Source of the DNA: a virus
Taxonomy: Duplodnaviria; Caudoviricetes
Virus record (IMG/VR): IMGVR_UViG_3300030372_001977
Span: 19,693 to 83,692 of that record
Direction: 5' to 3' (one strand)
Length of the DNA stretch: 64,000 nucleotides
Under the pieces are notes generated by a model. It had not been told where the DNA came from and ran no database searches. It was given only the letters and a program-made list of their open reading frames with translations. Made by a program: the position numbers and the translations under genes. Below are positions 26,604 through 35,900 of this stretch, one piece after another; the stretch's first letter is position 1, and every line of letters begins with the position of its first letter.

Positions 26604-27454
26604 TAGAAAGAGTTATCAGAAAGTCTATGCTAATTAGACCTTCAGGTAGATCTACAGATTTTATATCACCAAGCTTTGGTTATGGCTGTTTATATAACTG
26701 CTCTTACTGCTACATGAAACGACATAAAGATAAAGGTCTTACAGTGGCTAGTAACACAGGAGATATATTAACAGCTATAAATAACCATGCTTTCTTTACA
26801 CCGGTAGATAAACCTAATCAAACACATTCACAATTTACAACATATGATATTAGTTGTAATGAAGACTTTGCTTTGCACGCTAAGCATCATGATTGGAAAA
26901 AGATATTTGAATTCTTTAGAGACCATCCTGTTGCTATGGGCAGTTTTGCTACAAAGTATGTTAATCCTATTCTTAAGGATTTTAATCCAGAAGGTAAAGT
27001 GCGGATAAGATTTAGTCTTATGCCTCAGCACAAATCAGATTTACATGAACCAAAGACATCTAAAATTATAGATAGAATAAAAGCTATTGATGCATTTATA
27101 GATGCTGGTTATGATGTGCATGTTAACTACAGTCCTATTATTGTATATGATGGGTGGTTAGATGACTATGCAGATCTATTTCATATGATGAATGAACATG
27201 TTAAGTATAAGGATCAGGTATTAGCAGAGTGTATATTTCTTACACATAATTTTAAAAAGCATACTATTAATCTAGGCAGACATCCAGAGACAGAGGTAGA
27301 TCTTTGGGTACTTACAAAACAGGAGCTTAAAACCTCACAGTATGGAGGTGAGAATGTACGATACAAACTTGGGATGAAGTCCGAGTATATAAATCAATTT
27401 AAACAATTACACAAATCAATTGTACCATGGAATAAGATAAGGTACATATTTTAA
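26600..27454 (+). CDS. splB: Spore photoproduct lyase family radical SAM enzyme
   Basis: GYGCLYNCSYCYM (CxxxCxYCY), ISCNED (equivalent of B. subtilis Cys141), FATKYVN, RIRFSL, EPKTS..IDRIKA..AGY..PII..GW. Confidence 0.85.
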   Translation: MIERVIRKSMLIRPSGRSTDFISPSFGYGCLYNCSYCYMKRHKDKGLTVASNTGDILTAINNHAFFTPVDKPNQTHSQFTTYDISCNEDFALHAKHHDWKKIFEFFRDHPVAMGSFATKYVNPILKDFNPEGKVRIRFSLMPQHKSDLHEPKTSKIIDRIKAIDAFIDAGYDVHVNYSPIIVYDGWLDDYADLFHMMNEHVKYKDQVLAECIFLTHNFKKHTINLGRHPETEVDLWVLTKQELKTSQYGGENVRYKLGMKSEYINQFKQLHKSIVPWNKIRYIF

Positions 27455-27465
27455 ATCAATTAAAC

Positions 27466-28638
27466 ATGAGAACAGTTCAAGACCAACTCTCCCGTATATC
27501 AAAAACACTGATATTTACGGAGCCTTTCTACGGTATATTTCTTATTGGAATGCAAAAAGAATTCAGTAAGCAATGCGCTACCGCAGGTGTAGGAAAACAC
27601 GGCATAGGAATGAGGTTAGTTATAAATCCGGATTTCTTTGCAGAACTTAGTGAGCCACATCAACACGGCTTGCTAAAACATGAGCTATTACACATAGCTT
27701 TTGGGCATCTTATATTGGCAGATAAATATCCTAATAAAAAGCTATTTAACATAGCTGCAGATATAGAAATCAATCAATATATAGATCGTAACATGCTGCC
27801 AGATGGCGGATTAACTTTGGATACATTTAAAGATCTTAATTTACCAAGAAAAGCTGGTACAGATAAATACTATAAGCTATTAGAAGATACCATGGATAAA
27901 GATGGTAATAGCAGCTCTGATAGATTGCAGGGTATACTAGATCAAATGGACGGTAACAGTCAGTATGATCATAAGTTATGGGATGAGGTTACAGATTTAC
28001 CTGAAGCAGAGAAGAAACTAGTGCAAAAGCAATACGAGCATCAGATGAAGACTACTGCAGAAGAGATCCAGAAGAAGCACGGGACAATCCCTGGGGAATT
28101 AGCGGAAATTATCGAAAGATTATTTAAAGTAGATCCTCCTAAATTCAACTGGAAGCAGTATCTTAAAAGGTTTATTAACAACGCATCTAAAATCTATACT
28201 AAAAAGCTGCGTAGAAAGTATAACAAGAGATACTCAGGGAATCCGGGTCTTAAGATTAAGCATAAAAATCACGTGCTTGTAGGCGTTGATACTTCAGGAT
28301 CTGTAAGCAGCTCAGAGCTTGTAGAGTTTATGAATGAGTTATGTCATATGCATAAGACTGGTAATCAAATTACTGTAGCGCAGTTTGATACACAGCTTAC
28401 TAGTGTAGAAGAATTCAATCCTAGAAAAAACTGGGAAATAAAAGGTAGAGGTGGTACATGTTTTCAGCCGGTTACAGATCATTATAATGACCCTAAAAAC
28501 AAATACTCTGCTTTTATATGTCTTACAGACGGTGAGGCCCCTAATCCAGAAGGATGTCCACAGAATGCATTGTGGGTACACAGCAGCGCATCTAGAATAA
28601 ACGAAGAGCTAACTGGAATAAAAATTCAATTAAATTAA
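27466..28638 (+). CDS. Metallopeptidase + VWA domain protein (DUF2201-like), MoxR partner
   Basis: LKHELLH zincin motif; MIDAS VDTSGS, GRGGT, LTDG. Confidence 0.85.
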   Translation: MRTVQDQLSRISKTLIFTEPFYGIFLIGMQKEFSKQCATAGVGKHGIGMRLVINPDFFAELSEPHQHGLLKHELLHIAFGHLILADKYPNKKLFNIAADIEINQYIDRNMLPDGGLTLDTFKDLNLPRKAGTDKYYKLLEDTMDKDGNSSSDRLQGILDQMDGNSQYDHKLWDEVTDLPEAEKKLVQKQYEHQMKTTAEEIQKKHGTIPGELAEIIERLFKVDPPKFNWKQYLKRFINNASKIYTKKLRRKYNKRYSGNPGLKIKHKNHVLVGVDTSGSVSSSELVEFMNELCHMHKTGNQITVAQFDTQLTSVEEFNPRKNWEIKGRGGTCFQPVTDHYNDPKNKYSAFICLTDGEAPNPEGCPQNALWVHSSASRINEELTGIKIQLN

Positions 28639-28657
28639 TCAATTAAACAATAAAATT

Positions 28658-29836
28658 ATGAACCAAGTAAATTTAAACATCGATGAACTACAAAATTTTG
28701 TAGGGCACATTATTAACAACAACCGGCACTTACAGAGTGAAGGTAAAAAACCTGTAGCTATAGAAGTTGTAGGTGAATCAGGTATAGGTAAAACTACTAG
28801 TATTATGGACATGACTAAATCTCATGGCCTAGACTTTGTAAAGCTAAATCTAGCACAGATAGAAGAGCTAGGTGACCTTGTAGGTTTCCCTATAAAGCAG
28901 TTCCAAATGTGGAATACTAAGGATGGTAAGAAGATAGGTAAGTGGGTAGATGAGGTAGCAGTAAAAGATCATTCTAATGATGGGTGGAAAACTACAGGTA
29001 AAAGCAAGATGTCATACAGTGCACCAGAGTGGATTGCAGATAAAAAAGCCGGTGGTGTATTGTTGCTAGATGACTGGAATCGTGCAGATGTAAGATTTAT
29101 ACAAGCATGCATGGAATTGGTAGATAGACAACAGTATATATCATGGACCCTTCCAAAGGACTGGCACATTATATTGACTGCAAATCCTGACAACGGTGAC
29201 TACATGGTAAACTCTGTAGATGCAGCACAGAAGACACGTTATATTACAGCTAATCTTAAGTTTGATATAGATGTGTGGGCTAGATGGGCAGAAGAAAATA
29301 GTATAGACTCTAGATGTATTAACTTCTTGTTATTACACCCGGAGCTAGTTACACAGGAGACTAATGCTAGATCTATATCAACGTTCTTTAACAGTATTTC
29401 TAGTATAAAGAGCTTTGAAGAGCAGCTGCCTCTAATCCAAATGATTGGTGAAGGCTCAGTGGGTAACGAGTTTGCTTCTATGTTTACTACATTTATTAAT
29501 AATAAATTAGACAAACTAGTGACACCAAAGGACGTAGTTCTTGGGAAAGAAGAGGAAATACTACCACGTTTAGGTGAGTGTATAGGTCAGGGAGAAAACT
29601 ACAGAGCTGATATAGCTAGTATTTTAGCTACTCGTATAGCCAATTTCTCTGTTGCATACTCAAAAACTGACACTGTAACGCCAAAAATGCAAGAGCGTCT
29701 CGTTACGCTGTGCACAGGAAGCTATTTTACTAATGACTTAAAGTACCTTGTTGTTAGGACTATATTCAACGGCAATAAATCGAAGTTTAACCAGATGATG
29801 ATGAATCCTCACATTATCAAAATGACAATTAAATAA
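28658..29836 (+). CDS. MoxR-like AAA+ ATPase
   Basis: VGESGIGKTT, LLLDDWNRAD, ILTANP; adjacent to the VWA gene. Confidence 0.85.
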   Translation: MNQVNLNIDELQNFVGHIINNNRHLQSEGKKPVAIEVVGESGIGKTTSIMDMTKSHGLDFVKLNLAQIEELGDLVGFPIKQFQMWNTKDGKKIGKWVDEVAVKDHSNDGWKTTGKSKMSYSAPEWIADKKAGGVLLLDDWNRADVRFIQACMELVDRQQYISWTLPKDWHIILTANPDNGDYMVNSVDAAQKTRYITANLKFDIDVWARWAEENSIDSRCINFLLLHPELVTQETNARSISTFFNSISSIKSFEEQLPLIQMIGEGSVGNEFASMFTTFINNKLDKLVTPKDVVLGKEEEILPRLGECIGQGENYRADIASILATRIANFSVAYSKTDTVTPKMQERLVTLCTGSYFTNDLKYLVVRTIFNGNKSKFNQMMMNPHIIKMTIK

Positions 29837-29838
29837 TT

Positions 29839-30873
29839 ATGGCAAGCAAAAACATACACGATGGTCCATACCCAGACGCAGAATTAACTGCGCTTGGGTT
29901 TGAGGACCCAGAAGTTGTTGGCATGGTCCAAAACAACTTAGATGTAGTAGATCTAGTTTTATCAGAATCTCTTGCACAATATGACAAAGTAAAAAGTCTT
30001 TTAGAAACTGAAACAACTAATGATTTAACTACAGTTAAAAAAGCTTTTATATTACCTATGGCTGATGTATCTACAGATAGACTAAAGTCAGCGCTTAAGG
30101 AGCATAAGATTACTGTTACTAATGATTATGAGAAAGCTGATTTTATTATACCGCATCTTAACTTTTATGATTCTTATTCATCAATTGACCCTATACCGCA
30201 AACTAAAATGATGTTTCATTTAAAAAATGGTTATTATTGTAATGACCATAGAGAATGTGTAAGAGATTATTATGATAGAACAGATAATAATGTTATATTA
30301 GACAAACGTAGTCTAGGTGATAAGTATCAGCATAATGTAGATTATGAAAGTTTACCTTATGATAGTTATGTTTTTAGTAACATGGCTATTTGTATTGCTA
30401 ATCTAGTAGATAGCGGTGTATTGCAAGTTGTAGAAACAGATACTATTCTTAATCAGTCTGCAAACAGGGTCCCTATGACAAAAGAACTTATGGAGGATCT
30501 TGAAAAGATGACAAGTGGTTATTCTGTTAGTGATGAGGAATTACAAATGGCAGGTAAGATTATACCTACTATTGATCCTACAGGAGAACCGTATTTATTA
30601 TACAAAGCTGCTAAAGATTTTCTAGGTGGTATAGATTATAAGTACAGTAGAAATAAGGATGTGTTGTATTGGTTAGACAAACATAATATATCAATACTAG
30701 CACGTAAAAGTGCTGAACAAGCTATTAAGTATTTTGAAGACAAAGATATGTTAGACTCAAGATGCTTTAGAGCTTTGGAGGTAGAATGTAGAAAAGAGAT
30801 ACAAATCCACAATAGGGAATTGTATACATTTAAAGTTCAAGTTAAACCCGAGTATAGAAAGTACATGAAGTAA
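29839..30873 (+). CDS. Hypothetical protein co-transcribed with MoxR/VWA
   Basis: 344 aa, starts 2 nt after the MoxR stop; no recognised motif. Confidence 0.55.
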   Translation: MASKNIHDGPYPDAELTALGFEDPEVVGMVQNNLDVVDLVLSESLAQYDKVKSLLETETTNDLTTVKKAFILPMADVSTDRLKSALKEHKITVTNDYEKADFIIPHLNFYDSYSSIDPIPQTKMMFHLKNGYYCNDHRECVRDYYDRTDNNVILDKRSLGDKYQHNVDYESLPYDSYVFSNMAICIANLVDSGVLQVVETDTILNQSANRVPMTKELMEDLEKMTSGYSVSDEELQMAGKIIPTIDPTGEPYLLYKAAKDFLGGIDYKYSRNKDVLYWLDKHNISILARKSAEQAIKYFEDKDMLDSRCFRALEVECRKEIQIHNRELYTFKVQVKPEYRKYMK

Positions 30874-30880
30874 CTGAGGA

Positions 30881-30978
30881 GAGTTGTCATGCAACTCGTG
30901 TTTAATTGATTGCATATATAGGGGAGCGCACTGATTGCAAAAGTAACGTGCACGACATTCAGTGTCCCCCTTTATATG
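30881..30978 (+). other. Structured intergenic element
   Basis: GAGTTG/CAACTC hairpin, then nested CATATA/TATATG, GGGGA/TCCCC, CACTGA/TCAGTG and TTGC-AAAA-GTAA. Confidence 0.5.
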
Positions 30979-31002
30979 TTTAACCTAATAAAAATTAAAT
31001 AA

Positions 31003-31752
31003 ATGAAAGACACAACAGCTTTAATAGATGGCGATAGTTTAATCTATTATGAGATGGGTAAACCTACCCTAGAAGAGGCATTGCAAGGTTTGGATACTAG
31101 AATTAGAACTATGATTGAGCAATGCGGAGCAAATAAATACGCTGGATTTTTGACATCTGGTAAGTGTTTTAGATATGCAGCAGCTAAAACAAAACCTTAC
31201 AAAGGCAATAGAAAGTATGGAGATAAACCTATTATATTTCCTGCGTTAAAGGAATACTTAAGACAGGAATGGAAGTTTATATCTGTCCCTGAATTGGAAG
31301 CAGATGATTTAGTTTCTGTGTATCATGACCCTATGAAAACTGTTATATGTAGCCCTGATAAGGATGTACTATATCAAAACAAGGTACATAATTATAACTA
31401 TGGAAAAGCAGAATTTGTGACTATAGATGAAAATGATTCTATAAGATTTTTATGGAAACAAATGCTTATGGGAGACTCAACTGATGGTATTACAGGTATA
31501 CCAAAGGTGGGCCCAAAAACAGCTGATACATGGTTAAAAAGCTTGCTTCCAGACGAAATGCCATCGTTTGTTTTAAATAAATACATAGAAAAATTTGGAT
31601 ATGCGGCAGGAATTACTAACTTTGCAGAGACATTTAAACTTGTGTATATCCTAAAAACCAAGGAAGACGTTCTGAGGGAAACTGGCATCGAGCTACCTGA
31701 ATTAGTAACTTATGATGTTAAACCTTTAAATGAAAATGACGAATGGCTGTGA
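31003..31752 (+). CDS. 5'-3' exonuclease (T7 gp6/FEN-like)
   Basis: LIDGDSL, LEADDL, SPDKDV, MGDSTDGITGIPKVGPKTA (H3TH). Confidence 0.9.
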   Translation: MKDTTALIDGDSLIYYEMGKPTLEEALQGLDTRIRTMIEQCGANKYAGFLTSGKCFRYAAAKTKPYKGNRKYGDKPIIFPALKEYLRQEWKFISVPELEADDLVSVYHDPMKTVICSPDKDVLYQNKVHNYNYGKAEFVTIDENDSIRFLWKQMLMGDSTDGITGIPKVGPKTADTWLKSLLPDEMPSFVLNKYIEKFGYAAGITNFAETFKLVYILKTKEDVLRETGIELPELVTYDVKPLNENDEWL

Positions 31753-32501
31753 AATGTACAGAACTATTATATACCCCAATAAACGCACTATCTTTTAGAA
31801 TTACTGGTGGTACAAAATCCTTATCAACTACAAAGAAAGGTAATATTATTACTTCTATAGATGACCCTGATGGTACTTTTTTATCGTTAGGGACAAATCT
31901 AGAAATAAAACGTATAAAATATAAAGTAAATATTATTGAAGAGATTATAGTAAACACAACTAAATACTATAAAATATCTCTAGCTAAGAGAACTAAAGCT
32001 TCTACTTTTATTATGCCTATGTTAGGTGCAAATAAAAATTTATACTTTTGGAATAAACTATTTGTAAATTGTTTTATAGAAACTCCTGAAGATAAAAATT
32101 GTATTGCTTTACTTTATAGATGGTCTTCTAATCCTACGTATATAAAATTTGAGAAAGCTTTGACAAAATTTCAAAACTTTAGACGTAGGTATGACCCAAG
32201 CCCAAACTATGTCATGTTTGTGTTTGATGTACCTAAGAGACATATTAGAAACTATAAAAAATTTATAGAAGGTAAATACTCTAAGTTTTCTAAAGCTTAT
32301 AAAGTAGATATTTTAGAGTTTCATGATGCAGATATAGAAGACGAGGTAGGACAAATACTATTTAGAAGTGAAAAGAGACGCAAAGCTCTAGAAAGAAAGC
32401 TTGATTCTAGATTGCCTAAAGATTCTGAGTTGTTGAGTATTATTAATATAGAAGATGAAAAATATAACCCAGAAGTATATAAACTTAAAAAATTAATATA
32501 A
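31743..32501 (+). CDS. Conserved hypothetical phage protein
   Basis: 252 aa, operonic; no motif recognised. Confidence 0.5.
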   Translation: MAVKCTELLYTPINALSFRITGGTKSLSTTKKGNIITSIDDPDGTFLSLGTNLEIKRIKYKVNIIEEIIVNTTKYYKISLAKRTKASTFIMPMLGANKNLYFWNKLFVNCFIETPEDKNCIALLYRWSSNPTYIKFEKALTKFQNFRRRYDPSPNYVMFVFDVPKRHIRNYKKFIEGKYSKFSKAYKVDILEFHDADIEDEVGQILFRSEKRRKALERKLDSRLPKDSELLSIINIEDEKYNPEVYKLKKLI

Positions 32502-32899
32502 TGGCAAAAAAGAAAAAAGAAATAAAAATGTCTGTACCTGAAGGATTAGAGTTTAACACCTCTTATACTTTAGCAGACTTACACCAACGAGAGCATAGTA
32601 AATATTACTACGAATCTGATAGAAATATAAATCCTTTTACAGAGAAAGACTTTGAAGGAAAATTACTAGAAGTAACTAAAGAGATAACTGATTTATTGAT
32701 TAGTAAAAACAAGGCCTATGGAGATACCGCTCTTAACCCTGTTAAAATCTTTAGTAGTTTAGATGCAACAGAAGCTTTATGTGCTAGAATTGATGATAAA
32801 ATTATGCGTATAAAAAACAAAGGTATTAATGATGACACTGAAGACACCGTGTCTGATTTAATTGGATACTTGTTACTACTTAAGATGTCTAAACTATAA
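32501..32899 (+). CDS. Nucleotide-modification-associated domain 1 (DUF1599-like) protein
   Basis: LLISKNKAYGD...ARIDDKIMRIKN...EDTVSDLIGYLLL. Confidence 0.7.
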   Translation: MAKKKKEIKMSVPEGLEFNTSYTLADLHQREHSKYYYESDRNINPFTEKDFEGKLLEVTKEITDLLISKNKAYGDTALNPVKIFSSLDATEALCARIDDKIMRIKNKGINDDTEDTVSDLIGYLLLLKMSKL

Positions 32900-32903
32900 A
32901 AAC

Positions 32904-32927
32904 AAAGGGGCTTATCGCCCCTTTTTT
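32904..32927. terminator. Bidirectional terminator between the convergent blocks
   Basis: AAAGGGGC-TTATC-GCCCCTTT with A and T tracts on either side; lies between stops at 32899 and 32936. Confidence 0.8.
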
Positions 32928-32935
32928 ACTGCCCC

Positions 32936-35900
32936 TTATTGTAGTGTTGTAAACCACTTATAAGCATCACCAGGAGAACCGGATCTAGTAAATCCTCTCC
33001 ATATAGGTAGTAGGTCCTCAAAATCTTTTCTTATTTTACGATCTCCTTTGTTAAATCTTCCTGTACGTCTTTGGTAGTATACGTCTTTTTCATCTACCCA
33101 CGGTGCAACACCGCTAAAGTATCCAAGGTCTGATCCTATTTGGCTCATTAATTCAAAACCTTTTTCTATTGGCCTTGCCGTTGCTGTAGGAGATCGCATA
33201 ATTCTAAATGCTTCTTTGTAACCTACAGCTGGATTCCACTGCATAATTTCTGTGTGGTATCTTTTAGCTTGGTACATAGCAAAGTTAACTGCCCAATCGT
33301 CTTCATCTGCATCTAGACTAGCTAAACCATTAACTATTGCTGCTGCAGCAATCATAGCAGATAGTTCAACAAATGTTCTCTTAACATTTTGACGTTCCAT
33401 CTCTGTCATTTTACTGTATGCAAACTCTCTATTTGATATAGACTCTCTTATCATATTCCAAAAAGATATATACATACCCTGTGTAACAGTTCCTAATTCT
33501 TCATCAACTCTTAACGTACTTCCTCCTCCGTGACCATAACGTCTTCTAATTCCTGGTAACAGCCAGCTTCTAAACAACATTAATAGTTTACCGTATGCTC
33601 TTCTTTGCAGCATAGGCTGATGCATCTTACCTTTAGTTTGATTTGTTCTTCTACTTAAACCTTGCACTAAACCTATAAAATCTAAACGGTTAAAGTTATC
33701 TACTCTAGGGTCTACAGACATTACACCATCTTTATCTATAGTTAACATGTCGTATAAATCTGCAGGTTCTCCTTTATCATTCTTTATAACATTTCCATCA
33801 CTGTCTTTTAACTTACCTTTTAAACTTCTCATTAAGCCAAGTAGTCTAGTACCGGATAGTTCATGTTCTGCAGCCTGTTGTAAAAACAATAAATTATTTG
33901 TACTTAAGAATTTTCTAGCTTTACCTCCTACTATTTGATTACCTTCATGATCTGTAAATTCTGTTAAAGCATCAAAATATTCCATTGCTTTACCAAGTTT
34001 AGTTTTAGGGTCAAATCTACCTATATCTGTCATCGCTCCCCCTTCAAACCAGTACTGAGTTTTAGCCCAAGCAAGGTCAGATGCAGACATAAATTGTTTT
34101 GCAACTGCTTCTTGCGCCATAGTAAGGTTATCAAGTATTAATTGGTTAGTACCTTGTAGCAAGTTAAATGATAGAGTGCTTATAGCTGTAAAGCTATTCA
34201 AAGCGCCTACTGCTTTAGTTGCAGAAATTCCTCTAAAGTTTTGCTTTAGTTCATTCTGACCAAACATAACAGTATCAATCCATTCGTCAACGTGTTTAAA
34301 GTTAAATGAATCTCCTTCTTTAAGTAGTGGCATTTTGAAGCCCATAGCTTCTGCAGTTTTTTGTATATACTCTATTCCTCCTGAGTTAGTTACTAATGTT
34401 TTTCTATCTTTTATAATATCTCTAAACAACATAACTTGACCTACAACTTCTGATTTAACTTTATAGTTGTGAGCCATATGTCTAAATTTATATAAACTAC
34501 TAGCAATATCTCTAGAGACATCCGATGCTGGGACTCTATTAGTATAGTATACAGGCACACGTTTATTTAGCTCACCACTATTTTGATCATAAGTACCAAA
34601 TTGGTCATCTGTTTCTACTATAGAAAATCCTTCTTTTAATATATCTTTAGTACCCGCTAGCAAACCTTGCTCTCTAAGTCTATCAACATCTTCTTTTCTT
34701 ATAGACGGCATTAAATAAGAAAACTTATCCCAAGAATTCTTATCCATACGGGTAGCCCCAACCATTTCGTGTCCTTTTTGTAACTCCTCTAAAACAAAAT
34801 TATAATATTCTTTTAGTATAGGATTATTTTGTATTTTAATATACTTTAAATTAGTATACTTATCTTTTCTAGGTCTTACCCATTCTCTCCTAGGAGAACC
34901 TGTAAGAGAGTTATAGTTTGCATCTTTAAATTTTATAAGCTCTTGCAATCTACCGGTTTGCATAGAGTACGCATCGCTGTCTTCTTGACCGTCCTCTTTT
35001 AACTTTTGTCTTAATTTTCTAGCTTGTTCTATTTGTTTATTTAAAACCTTTAGCTCTTGTCTCCAATTATCCACAGGCTCACTATTTTCTTTATCCCACT
35101 TCGTTTCTTCTTGCCTAGCCCTTTTGTAATTGTTTGATAATTTCCATGCTGAATAAGCAGCTTTAAAAGCTTCTTCAGACTGACCCTCTCTTTTTTGCGG
35201 TTGACCATACTCTATATTTATTTTTTTAATAAATGCTTGCTTATCTTTATAATATTTATCTGAGTCAATAGGATTAACTATAGCTAATCTTTTAACGCCC
35301 CTTATAGTTACCTCTTCTAGTAAATCATCATTTAACTTAGATACATCAGATTCAGATCTACCTTCTGCAAATTTATTATATGCGGCACTTAGTTTAGATT
35401 TAAACATACGAGTCATGTCATTCTTTCTTAAATCCGCATCTTGTACAGACTTAACAAATAATTGTATAGCATTATCATTACTATAGATTAGTGGGTCTAG
35501 TAAGTATGAAAAACCACTCTTATCTTTATTTGCTGCTCTTAGTTGTTTAACTAAGGCCCCATAGTTAGGGATCATTTTATTTTTAAGTTGCTCTACTTTT
35601 AAATCTACTTTTTTATTTAAGAATTCTACAGCTGTAATTTCTCCCGCATCAAAACTTTTTTTAAGCTCTTTGTATTCTATTGTTTGTGTGTTTAGTCCTT
35701 GTGTTCTTTTATACTTAATTGCATTATCAATCTGAGCTTGTAGTTGCGGATCAATTGCTTTATTATGGTAACCAGATAAAAACTGTGCCATTATAGGGAT
35801 TACCTCATCATTAAATTTCATACTATATACTCTAGCTGATCTTAAAATAGAATTTAATCTACCTTCTAGTGTATCAAACTTACCCTGATCTAAAACTTTA

